The notes beneath the pieces are model-generated. The model did no database searches and was not told where the DNA came from. It saw only the letters and a list, made by a program, of their open reading frames with translations. Positions 40,087 to 52,674 of a stretch of DNA of 64,000 bases are shown piece by piece; position 1 is the first letter of the stretch; the number at the start of each line of letters is the position of its first letter. This DNA is from Octopus sinensis (Eukaryota), in NCBI RefSeq assembly GCF_006345805.1, contig NC_043000.1, positions 143,778,001 through 143,842,000 on the forward strand, given 5' to 3'. The position numbers and the translations under genes were made by a program.

Positions 40087-42725
40087 CGAGCGAAATAGAG
40101 AGATACATATATTAATAAATAGCTGAATACACAGGTAGACAACACGAAAGCATATGCATAGTGTTTACATGTGTGCGTCTGTCTGTGAGTACGTGTGTGT
40201 GTATGTGTGTGTTTGTGTGTGGTAATTAGTGTCGAAAAGAACGTGTGCAATAAATTGCTGTCATGAAATGGGCACCTTTGAAGAAATTGTGAAATACTTA
40301 GAAATGAACGTAAGAGAAGCTAAACGATTGCAACCATGTAAATTGCAGATGAAAGTAACATACACGTTAAAAGAAAAGGGATGCAAAGGAGAAGATGATA
40401 TTAATATTATGTTTTTCATTTGGTACTGAATTATGCAATTGGATGGGAGTACATATATAGGCCATCAGCTAAAATATAGTTAATTATCGAAGGTTATAAA
40501 AACTGAAGCATGAGATAAGAGACAGATATGCGTACACGATATATGCAAATATGGCAGTACACATAATGAAACACATTAACCTATATACAGTTATCTTACG
40601 AGAGAAAAAAGTGCTGAGTAGGAAGATTGCATCTTATCTTCTGTAGCCTACCTACAGTGGAGGATAGGATAGACAAATAAAGATAGATAAGGACAGGATG
40701 TTAAAAAGCGAAAGAGAGATGATAGAATGATTAAATCGTACAAAGATGATAGAAATTTGGAGATAGAGAGCGGGAGTAAAAAGAGAGAGAGAGAAGGGGA
40801 ACGGGAGATAGAAATGGGTGAAGGATTCGGGAAGGTATATGTAATAGTAGCTGACGAGATATATGAACTTCAACAAGTTATAACCACCTTAGCTAATTCG
40901 TAGCTTCATATTAACCCTGCCTGCAATACGACTAAGCTCATGTGTCAGTGAACATATCCTCATTTATCCATGCATTGCATTGATAACATTATTAGATGTA
41001 TATTTCAATTTTAAGATATTGATGGTTGATTTTAACTATATTTGGTTGCTATATGTACTATGTTCAGCGATAGCTCAGAGGTTTCATATTTGTGTGATGT
41101 CACACTTATTGACGACGTGTGTCATGTCACATTTATTGTCGACGCGCCGTATATACACGCACAAAATACATGTTAAAACACACACAAACTCTAACATACA
41201 CACAACACACTCACACACGCCTACACATACATATATGTGAACTTTAGGTTAATTATAATATGTTTGTGACATATTTTAATTTTCGAAAAGCAAATTTACT
41301 GCATTTAATGTTGAGGAAAAAATTCAGTTATGGTAAAAGGTGTAAAAACACCATATGTATAACAGGAAACATTAATGGCCTTGCTAAATCTTTGACGATG
41401 ATTATAAGCTATTGGAACAGCAAAATGTACAGAAGATCATTATATTAGCAGTAACATAACTTGGGAGAAAGAAAGAATTTCTTCAAGTGTATTAATGTGT
41501 GTTCCCGAGTGCATTTATGCGTGTCAGTGTTTTAAAGTTTAATCCTGTATCACAATATGTGCATATGCGTAAAATTAAATGTATTACATTTAATTAAAGA
41601 ATACATCGTAGGAAGACCAACAGCACATACACTCCCTTATTATATGCAAGCGAAATAATTACTAATATGGGTGACTCATTGAAACAGTGAACACAGGAGG
41701 CAAGCAAACCATATTTGTTAGGACAAAAATTTAATGATAATTAGGTTATATATTTGTATATAATGGGGCTCATACACTTATATACTACACAAACAAGCAA
41801 ATACATGCTATGATGAAAATACAAATGTGTTCTTATAAGTTATATTTCTAAATATACAATCGAGATTTCTACGATATGATACCTTCATCTTCTAAAGGAA
41901 GTAATGTTGGCGTGTTAGCTCCCATGTTTACTTAGCGCACGAGCAATACGTTTCATTTAGACATCATTGAAAGAACTGATATTTCCTAACTCTTACATTT
42001 ATTAAGCAGCGTGTAAACATCTGACTTTCTGCGTCCACGTTGGCTGTTCATTTATCTGTGAGACCTGTGTACTTTGTATGTGTGTTCATTTTATTATTCC
42101 GTAGTGCCATGACAAGTCCTTCATCAGTAATTGTCTAATTGGATGGGTAAATTGTTGAGTACTTCTCTACTGTCCACAGCAATTTTGATGACAAAACATG
42201 ATCCAGCTACCATGTGCCTCAATCGTTTTGCGAATGTAAATGTCATTCATTATGTATATACAAATTTAGAAGGAAATTCACACATATATGGACATGTATC
42301 TAATCTATACACTTGTATTTCCACACACACAGACACACATACACACACACACATATAATCGCATACATGTACTATATGTGTGTACGTAAGTATGTATGCA
42401 TGTGTCCACCTACCTACCTCACCTGCCTAACTAATGTATCTTTCTATCTATCAAGGTTTCTATGTATATCAACTTTTATTTGTATATATTATTCCTTGTT
42501 ATATTAACCATAAATCCATTACGTCACACTGTGCAATGCTTGATGATGCTTTTACTTTAACACATATAGTATATATGTGCATTTGCGAATGTGTATATAT
42601 ATATATGTGTGTGTGTGTGTATGTATATATATACATATATATATATATATGTGTATATATATATATATACATACATACAGATATACATACATACATACAT
42701 ACATACAACATACATACATACATAT

Positions 42726-42757
<32 letters not shown>

Positions 42758-42888
42758 AAATTCGATTATCAGCGCGCCAAAAGTAGAGGCATTCGAAAGA
42801 TACATCCGAACGTAATAGGTTGTACTTTTTGCATGCGGGACTCCGGTACCGTTTTTCATCTAGTACAGCATATTATGCTCATAACAAA

Positions 42889-42948
42889 CTACGCTGATGA
42901 AGTTACAGATATCCTTGTGATATTAATAGCTGAAACTGCAGTACGTAG
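42889..42948 (+). ncRNA. Type I hammerhead ribozyme (complete core)
   Basis: CTACG-CTGATGA-AGTTA...GATATC/GATATT...TAGCT-GAAA-CTGCAG-TA-CGTAG; stem I CTACG/CGTAG; palindromic stem III ACTGCAGT; predicted GUA cleavage after 42943. Confidence 0.85.
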
Positions 42949-43386
42949 GTAATTATTCCATTTAGTATTTTTCTTTTGTCTCATCCATTGCTTTAGGTCG
43001 TGCTGAATTTATTTTATTTGAGAACAAAATCTTTGTGGAGAATGGCGATTTGACGTCTATATCTAGCATGTGACTGTCCACCTTTTCGTGTTCAGTCCTT
43101 AATTGGTATATATAAATATTTTAATCTTCGGATTCTTTTAATGTGCTAGACCACTGGTTTTAATTGACTAATATCAATTTCTACCCTTAATTTTAAATAT
43201 GAAATATATGTTCTCAAACGATAAATTGACTGCTGCTAATTTATTACTGCAGGCTAGTTTTCGATATCAGCGCGCCAAAAGTAGAGGCATTCGAAAGATA
43301 CATCCGAACGTAATAGGTTGTACTTTTTGCATGCGGGACTCCGGTACCGTTTTTCATCTAGTACAGCATATTATGCTCATAACAAA

Positions 43387-43445
43387 CTACGCTGATGAAG
43401 TTACAGATATCTTGTGATATTAATAGCTGAAACTGCAGTACGTAG
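43387..43445 (+). ncRNA. Type I hammerhead ribozyme (complete core), second copy
   Basis: Same motif; predicted cleavage after 43440. Confidence 0.85.
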
Positions 43446-43652
43446 GTAATTATTCCATTTAGTATTTTTTTCTTTTGTCTCATCCATTGCTTTAGGTCGT
43501 GCTGAATTTATTTTATTTGAGAACAAAATCTTGTGGAGAATGGCGATTTGACGTCTATATCTAGCATGTGACTGTCCACCTTTTCGTGTTCAGTCCTTAA
43601 TTGGTATATATATATATATAATATATATATATATATTATATATATATATATA

Positions 43653-43866
43653 CTTTATTAATAAACTGCAAAGACATCACAAACTATCACACAGAATTTC
43701 ACATTTCCTTTCGTCGGATATTTTGTTTGAGGAAACCAAACCTGTCCAACGAACGGGAACGTGAAACTCTGAGTAACCGTTTCTGTGATGTCTTTACAGC
43801 TTTCTTAACGCATATTACTCTACCTCCGGTACTCTAGTACTATTTTTCCACCTTGTTTCACATTTG
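43653..43866. mobile_element. Decayed palindromic double-hammerhead mini-element (homologue of 19491-19716, inverted)
   Basis: GCATATTACTCTACC...CCACCTTGTTTCACATT is the reverse complement of 19509-19565; contains CTGT-CCAACGA-ACGGGAACGT-GAAA-CTCTGAG-TA-ACCG. Confidence 0.7.
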
Positions 43867-46542
43867 TAGACACACACACACACACACACACACATACACA
43901 CACATTATATATTGTGTTCTTGCGTGTGTGAACGTGTGCCTCATGCACACACTTACAGACACAGCGTGTACGCACGTGGGCATATTTTTTGGTGTGTGTA
44001 TAATTGCCGGATATTCACTGGTGTATTTAAATTATTGACTGAAACGGAAATCAGAAAATTGCGGTGTATGATAAGATCTATCCCGCTTTGGAGTTTGAAC
44101 GGCAATAAAATAGACTGGCATACACACACACACACACTTGGTGAGTGAGGAAATAGAATAAAAAGACATGGAAGAGATTGAAAAAGTTAAAAATATTAAA
44201 CCAAACTAAGCGTAACGTAAATAATTGACAGCAAATCCTGAAGAAATTGAAGCAATGAGAATAAGTAAGAGTGAAAATGTTAAAATGAGAATAGATAAAG
44301 AAATAAAACTTAACTGGAAATTGAGCATTGATATAATAAATGGTTTTCTGAAAAACGCAACTTAATGAATGAAAAATATATGAGTTGGAAATATGGGGGA
44401 ACAAGAAAGAAAGGGGAGATATATGTAATGAGTCGTATAGCTATTGAATTGAAAATAAATAAATTGTAAAGAAATACATTTTTAAAAAAGATAGACAAAG
44501 TGAGAGTTATAGCAAGAGAGAAAGTTAAAGAAAATGTGAGAGTGTATGATAGAAAGAGAATATGAGGGAGATACGAATAGGAGTGGTGTGAAAAAGAAAA
44601 CGAGGGAGAGAGTGAGAGGGAGGCAATAATAAATGATCAGACATACAATATAGTGAACAAGAGATATATCTCGGGAATAGGAGAAGAGATTCGATTATAA
44701 TGAGAACGAAAATCGAAATCAATAAAGGAAGCTATGCTGCCAGAGAATAGATTCGTTAGAGGTTTGACGAAATGGTTGGAAACAATAAAACATATTGGCT
44801 TCCAGCACGATAGATCGGCTCCATGGGAAGGAGCAGAACACTCATTCTATGCATGTATGGTTAGCGTTATGATGGGGTTTTTATACTCACAATTGCGCGC
44901 ACGTACACGCATGCGTGTGCGTTTGTATGTGTGTGTGTGAGTATGTGAAACGGGAGTTTTTGTCTATTGATCTGTATACACATACATATGTATATATATA
45001 CGTATGTACATGTATTTATGTATGAATGCATGTATGTACAAATGCTTATAGGCTTCTCATCTTGTAGACAAAATGTTTCTTATCAGATATATTATCAATA
45101 TTATGTACGTTGACAGTCTTCCTTTGTGCAAGCTAACATTGTCATTAATAGGTCTAAATGCGTGGCTGTATTCCCGAAAAAAGATATCTTCCACCTACAC
45201 AAAATTCGTTCATTGCGTTATCGATTTATTTGCTAAGGTGCCCAACAATATTCATTCCTTCATAGATAATTTCTCTGTCACATTCCTAAACTTCCTGCAC
45301 ATATAGTTCCTCCTCGGGAAAACTGCTCAGCAGCAATTTTTAAATCCATCCTTAAATAAAGTATTCAAAAAATTCAATTTCTACACTTATGATGCATACA
45401 AACATGCACATCACCCTAAGGATAGATGACTAATGGAAATGCAGGTCAAATAACTACTAATGCTTGGGCTGTCAAACCATCAAACACTTTTACTTATAGC
45501 TAGTCGGAGGCTAAGAACAGCAACTATAGCGTTTTGAAGGTTCTTTGAGAGATTTGAGTGAGAGAGAGATAGAGAGACAGACATACTGATATGAAAAAAG
45601 TCAGAGACAAAGGGACAGAGAGAGAGAGAAAGAGAGAGATGATGATGATGATGATGAGGAGGAGGAGGAGGAAACTCTGGTACATGACATATTCTCTGAT
45701 CGGAGATTAGACCCATAAGTGTGGGGCACGACTTGGATATACTTGATTAAAATATGTAATATTATTACAGTAATTTACTCTTTTTTCAGTAAAGGCATTT
45801 GGAGATGTAGTATGACCAAGAGAGAAATTATTGTGCTATGGTGATGCACGTATAAGTGATATATTTCCTTATATGCACAACAGTTCAGTAAATTATAAAT
45901 ATTAGGATGCAAAATCACCTGCGTATCTAAGTTTAAGTTATATTACTAGGAGAAAGGGCAACTACATATAGAAACTCAATTCTTGATTCATTCTGTGTTA
46001 CATTAAAATGGACAGCGTCAATAAAAATCGTTGTATTCAATACCGCATCTATCCAAGCGTCTGAATAGCGTACTATGAAAATCATTGCTACTGTCTATTT
46101 CACACTATGAAACAGTAATAAATTCAATTCATACTCGAAGCATCACATCACAAAAGGTATGAGTAATATTCAAGAAGGATTTATAAATAACCGATAGCTG
46201 CTTCCGGTGCAAGTTAATCAAATGCTTGGTCAGTGAGAGTCAACAAAGGATTCAGGAAAATTCAAATATTATTCAATTCGATAGCTCCATTGAATATGAT
46301 CACTTTATGCTTAACCATGTACTAATTTGTTTGCGTTCATTTTTCATTTTATTTTTTTTTGTTATCTATTTTCACCGTTTCATAATTTCATTTTCTACTC
46401 TAAAATGTTTACACTTGTGATCAATTGATGATATCTTGTATCATGCACCTACGGATCATCAATATATAGAGTTTGCACATAAGTGGGTATACAAACATAC
46501 CACACATACCGGTCACAACTAAATTCGTATAAATACGAATAA

Positions 46543-46591
<49 letters not shown>

Positions 46592-46661
46592 CATACATAT
46601 ATATATATTTATGTATATATGTATATATGTGTGTGTATGTATGTATGTATACACACACACT

Positions 46662-46697
<36 letters not shown>

Positions 46698-47339
46698 CAT
46701 ATGCGGGCGTGTGAGATTGTGTGTGTTGCTGCTGTGTGTCTATGTGTGTATGCACTTGTGCATACGCGTGATCGCATTTAAAAATGCACATTATCTTAAC
46801 GATATGCACATAAGCTGCAGTACTAAAGAGTTATATGGATTTTCATTTTATTGTCAGCTCGCCCTCAAAAGTGTAGAAACAAAAGAGACCTTAACAATTT
46901 AAAAGGAATTATGATACCTGCAGTGAACAACTGATTAGCATAAAACTCTAACTTATGATTCGACTGCCAGAAGAGGTGTATGTTTCCGCTTATGTTTCGT
47001 ATGTATGTGTGTATATACGAGTTGTTGCACATATGCATAAACATGTATTATACATATACGCCGAAAATTTTGTTATTTACCTTAAGGGTACCTCTCACAT
47101 TGGCACATGGTGCATAGAAGAACTCATATTTATATCGTTGGCAGACGAGAATCGACTGCTATGGTGGACGGGATTGAGAGATAACGTGATTTCTAGCTGC
47201 CTGGTCTCTTCTGTGGGAGATATCCGCTACGTAATACCCGGCAGGCTTACCTGAAAATATTTAATACTAACAGAAATAATATTAACGCCAAAAGACTGTC
47301 CTTATGTCCAACGAAACGGGAATGTTTCCGTAGACCACC

Positions 47340-47658
47340 GAATACGGTCTTATTTATATTGAAAGGACCTCTCATACAGACAATACTGCTTCATTCAGTA
47401 TGTTGTAAAATGTCCGATGCATATTTACAATTCAGTGCCTAAAAAACCATAAAAATTACATATAGCGTTGACAGTGAGATTAGGTTGTTATAGCTCACCC
47501 GGACATCTGCCACTGATGGGAATAAACGGGTCGAAATCATGTGAACTGGCAGTTCTCGTGCCCATAGCAGACGATATCCGTCAAACAGAGATATAAATAT
47601 GCTTTATGCACTCTGCATCCATATGAGAGGTCCTCTCAAGTTAAATGACGTAGTATTC
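47340..47658. mobile_element. Element with ~35-bp inverted termini enclosing a decayed hammerhead-like motif (47507-47552)
   Basis: TTGAAAGGACCTCTCATA / TATGAGAGGTCCTCTCAA; internal CTGCCA-CTGATGG-G...C-GAAA-TCATGTGA-AC-TGGCAG. Confidence 0.5.
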
Positions 47659-47756
47659 ATTGTTCTATAAAAACATCGATATTGAGCTGGATATAAAAAT
47701 ATGGTTGCACGCGCACGAACACATGCATTTACACACACGCACAAACATATTTAATA

Positions 47757-47981
47757 TTTGTTTCAGCCATTTGACTGCAGTCATGCTGGGTCATCTCCTT
47801 GAGTGGACTTAGTCGAAGATACGGACCCCAGGACGTATTCTTTGTAAGCCTAATACTTATTCAATTGATCTCTTTCACCGAATCGCTAAGTTACGGGAAC
47901 TTAACACATTACTGGTTGTCAAGCGATGGTGGAGGGGGACAAACATATACAAATACTCACACTAACAGATACACACTCACT

Positions 47982-48017
<36 letters not shown>

Positions 48018-48177
48018 AGATAGGCTTCTTTAAGTTTCTGTCTACCAATTCCACTCACAAAGCTGTGGTCGGTCCGAGAGTAAAATACAAGAAACTTGCC
48101 GAATGTACCACTGAAACTCTACCCGGAATCATGTGGTTGGGAAGCAGGCTTCTTACAACATAGCCACGCCTACGCCT
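47757..48177 (-). mobile_element. SINE family A (diverged)
   Basis: Colinear with the 29361 copy. Confidence 0.8.
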
Positions 48178-48750
48178 ACATATGTATGTGTGAGTATATG
48201 TGTGTGTGTGTGTATGCCTGTATTTAAGTATGTATGTGTGCACGCATTTTGTTATGAAACACAAACAGACATTAGTGATTCTCACCACTAATAAAATGTA
48301 CTCTCAATATAAAACTGGCTGAGTTTGTGCCACATCTTTTAATACACATCCGTGACACATTGCTTACTTTCTTCTCTCACCTTTGCTGTGTACAGTGTCC
48401 CGACGCTAATAACTACACATCATCGTTCCCTCTAAGTCAGCCCTCTGGAATTTCATGTACCCTCATATATGGTATGCAGAATTAAACTTACAAAGTTTCA
48501 AAAGGTTTAGTAATATCATCGGTCTCACAGTTTTGGAGGGTATTACCCATTAATTAATGAATACATATAACTATCGCAATACATACACACACATACATAT
48601 AGGCATATGTCCGTATAAACAAATACACACACACACGCTCGAACGCCCGCATATTTATATAGATATACTTGCGCAAACAACGTTTTAGTATCTATCGATC
48701 TATCTATCTATCTATCCCTTTAGTTTTCTGAATATCTATTTATCTCTCTT

Positions 48751-48782
<32 letters not shown>

Positions 48783-49434
48783 CAAATCTTTTTGTGTGCA
48801 TGCGTGTGTGCCTGTGTATATTTCATATATATATATATATAACATATATGCTAATATATAATTTTAATTATACGCATATATGTATTTGTATATGCGTGGC
48901 CTATACACATGTATCTATCAACCTATCTATACCTCTCTCATTTTCTCTCGTTCTCTCTCTTCCTCTCTCTCTGTTTATATATATACATACAGATACCTAT
49001 GTGAATATGCCTGCGTGTGTGTATGTATGTGCACATATTTAAGTACAATAGATTAGGGCTTATATACAATTGATACAGTAAATACAGTTAACTGATAAAT
49101 CAATGGAAATTTGACTCACAAATTCTAGGTTCTAGATTGATTGATGGAATCAATTTCGTAAAATGATAAATATATAGAAGCATCAACAATCAATAATCCA
49201 GGAACTTGAAGAATTGCGATAGGGATATAATACCAAACTTGACCACCTGTGTCTGTTCTTGTGAGATTAAATTTGAGGAGCGAAAAATCACAATTAGTAT
49301 TATAAAAGAACTGAAAGTTATAAAATGTCTATGAAATTCTATCTGTATGTATAAGGGTATTGGCGCGTTATGTACAAAGGTGGAAATGGGAAGTAAATAA
49401 AAAACAATTTAAGGAGTGTTTCAATAAAAGATTA

Positions 49435-49815
49435 AGTAATTAAACCTGGGTAGAATGTTAAGATAAGTAATGTACGAATAAAGAATGTGGAGGATAAACA
49501 GTAAAATAAAATTATAATAATATTAAATTAAATTAATTGCGTGAAAGAGAATTCAATTATGACTCACTGTAAGTGGTTTCGGTTGTTTGGAACGACTCGG
49601 AATAAAAGAAGTGTATGAAGTTTATTATATTCTACATGTTCTAGGTTTGTAGAAGCCTTGAGAATTTGAGGACCTTTCTTTACATAGGAGAGGGTTTCGA
49701 TTTTTACATTTAGTAGTATATATAAAATATTTTGGGTAAAATTTGAAATGTTTCTGGTAGGTACTCCAACTTTAATGCCATTTTTATTTTGAATAAGTAG
49801 TTGATATTTTTACCC
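49435..49815 (-). pseudogene. Possible decayed GIY-YIG/C-terminal region of a Penelope-like ORF
   Basis: Minus-strand TQNILYILL...SYVRK...FSRL and a downstream LTFYPGL resemble N.IY...YIG.T and the L.T..P.GLN end; weak. Confidence 0.25.
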
Positions 49816-50149
49816 TCAAAACTACAAAGATAATCGTTACAGGTTCCTAAAATATATAAGTCAGCTGAGAATTGGAACACTTAAACCACATATGGTCAAC
49901 ATCATTCCTGAAATATACCTGAAATATACCTCATCACCTGGCTTGCTGCACAACTAAAAATAGATTTAAGACAATTTCAAATTATGCTTGCCATTTAGAA
50001 AGTCCCGCGGCCAGCATTTTCCTATGACTGAATTAAACTAATACAACTTATTCTATTAAACTAATACAACATATTACTCTGGACAAGTTTTGTCAAGAGT
50101 AAAGTGTATGCCATCCAAAGCAATTCATGTCTATTTGCATGCGAATTAA

Positions 50150-50345
50150 GGAGATGATGATAGAAAATGTTTTGTTTCCTCATCGTTGACACCTGACTTC
50201 ATTCACATTTAGACTCATCGTGCTCGGCGGCTTCAGACTTTTTTAAATTTTCGTTTCCTTCACAGAAAACGTCCACCAATGTCACTTGTGTCGAAAACGT
50301 ATAATTTGCAATCTACCGTACTTGAAATTGTTTCTTGCCCAACAT
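50150..50345 (-). pseudogene. Decayed mariner transposase N-terminus
   Basis: MLGKKQF.../HWW/FCEGNENL resembles the mariner start MLDKKQIR...VQWWFKKFCKGDESL. Confidence 0.5.
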
Positions 50346-50844
50346 GTATCCCTGTCCGTTTACAGAACCACTGAAATTACATTAGGCCAATTATTACCAA
50401 AGATACACTTTCACTCTCCTAAAATGGTTTGGCATACAGTTTGTTCCATACTGACCCGTTTTACCATTCCCTTTCGAAGGATTTGCTTAACACGTTATAT
50501 GTTACCATTCTCCACGTTCATGACTTCAAAAGATGCTTGTATATATGTAGTATGTATGCATGTATGTATATATGTATGTATGTATGTATGTATGTAGTGT
50601 GTATGCATGTATGTATATATGTATGTATGTATGTATGTATACACACAAGCACAAACGCACACATTTGTTTGTCTTTCTGTGAAAGGAACGTTATTACTTT
50701 TAAGCTACTGTACAAATAACAACTGTGCATCTACTGAAGGTGTGTGATTGTCGAGTTTATTGCGAAGTTCACGTTGACTGAAACTGCAGAATATGTATAA
50801 AAACATGAAACATTTGTATGCATGCATGTATTTGTCTGCGTGTA

Positions 50845-50910
<66 letters not shown>

Positions 50911-50943
50911 ATAGGGAGAGAGGAGGGTGGAAAAGAAAAGGAA

Positions 50944-50986
<43 letters not shown>

Positions 50987-51610
50987 TATGTATGATATAA
51001 CGTATAAGTATAATTTTGTAAGCAAATATATATGCTCTCATCTTTGCTAAATTTCGTCTAATAGAAATATTCATTCGCACATTCATTGTACCATATTTAC
51101 ATACGTTGGTTTATATATATATATAAAATATGCACAAATAGAAGAATGAATATATGTACATGTACGCACATATAATACATGTATTCACGTGTTCACATAC
51201 ATAAATCCTTATCTGCTGTGTACCCATCGTTTACACTTTATCGATTTTCTGTTCAATTCCGTCATCTATTTTCAGCCATCAACGATTATTTCTTTTGTTC
51301 ATGTTTGTGTTGTTTGCTTTTTATTATACACTTATTTTCTTATGTTATCTACTTACACGTTATGATTCTGTGTGTGTGTGTGTGTGTTTGATTTTTTTTG
51401 TTTTTGTTTTTTAACTGAGTTATTTATTTCCAGAAGTCTTACTATTTACGGACTTCGTAGGAGAAATAGGCTGAGGGAGGCTTAGTAACATAGATATACA
51501 TACACATATACATACGCACACACGCAAAAATAGTGATACATAAGTACACACACATACACACACACACGTACGTATATATATATGTATGTGTGAGTGTGAG
51601 TGTGTGTGTG

Positions 51611-51648
<38 letters not shown>

Positions 51649-51660
51649 TATATATATGTA

Positions 51661-51745
<85 letters not shown>

Positions 51746-52433
51746 TACACACACACATACATATATACATACATAGATGCATCCATACATACATACATGC
51801 ATACTTATCTATGCGTATATCAACATAATATTGTGATTTTGAATACGAAAACACAACAAATAGAAACTATAGCTAGCGTACTAAATTTTTTCTTATCCGC
51901 AGGCTTATTGCCTCTGCGTAAGATGGGCTTCTAGAATTTAGAAATGTTTTTAATTTCTTTTGCATTATATGTTGTTTATTTTGCTTTTGTCTTTCTATAC
52001 AATATTCTTGTATAAGAAACCCAAAATGTTGAAGAATATCGCTTTAATAATATTTACTTAACTTTATACATCAATACTTTACCATATGTTTATAGTGTAT
52101 TTATTTATCTATTTATTGTATTTCGCTTCGTATTCTTATTTGTATGCTTGTATTTCAGAGAGAATGGTGATGTTTCAGGTGCTGTAAGGAAGGAATTTTC
52201 ATAAAAGACTGCGGATATATATGTGCGGAGTGGTGCTGAGTTTCTCAAAGAAGTACGCTGTTGTATGTGTGACGTGTTAGATGTTATCGTCCGATAATGA
52301 TTGTGTCAAACAATTCAACACGGAAATACATATAACGACATACACAAATAAGAACGTTTTGAATTTACAAAAATACGCTGAGTGTAATACTTGAACAAAC
52401 ATATTCACATATAAGCACACACACATATTTATA

Positions 52434-52517
<84 letters not shown>

Positions 52518-52638
52518 GTGTGTGTGTGTGTGTGTATATGCATATACATACAAGCATCTCTCTCACAATTTCTGTTTCTCTCTGTCTAGGTGTTTGCCTC
52601 TCGCTCTCTATCTCTACCTCTCTCTCTTTACCTCTCTG

Positions 52639-52674
<36 letters not shown>

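Larger units (their letters stand above)
42761..43612 (+). mobile_element. Tandem array of ~498-bp unit (1.7 copies), one hammerhead per unit; retrozyme-like or Penelope pLTR-derived
   Basis: 42761-43114 is repeated almost exactly at 43260-43612; (TA)n on both flanks. Confidence 0.85.

Noticed and set aside
41091-41145. Short imperfect tandem duplication (~27 bp x2)
   Set aside because: Ordinary slippage duplication.
42434-43417. Repeated peptide YQRAKSRGIRKIHPNVIGC...
   Set aside because: By-product of the non-coding HHR tandem unit; short, begins in microsatellite or spacer, and differs by indels.
44140-44730. Strongly purine-skewed tract (mirror pyrimidine tract ~16560-17100)
   Set aside because: No ORF or periodicity; likely decayed (GA)-type low-complexity sequence.
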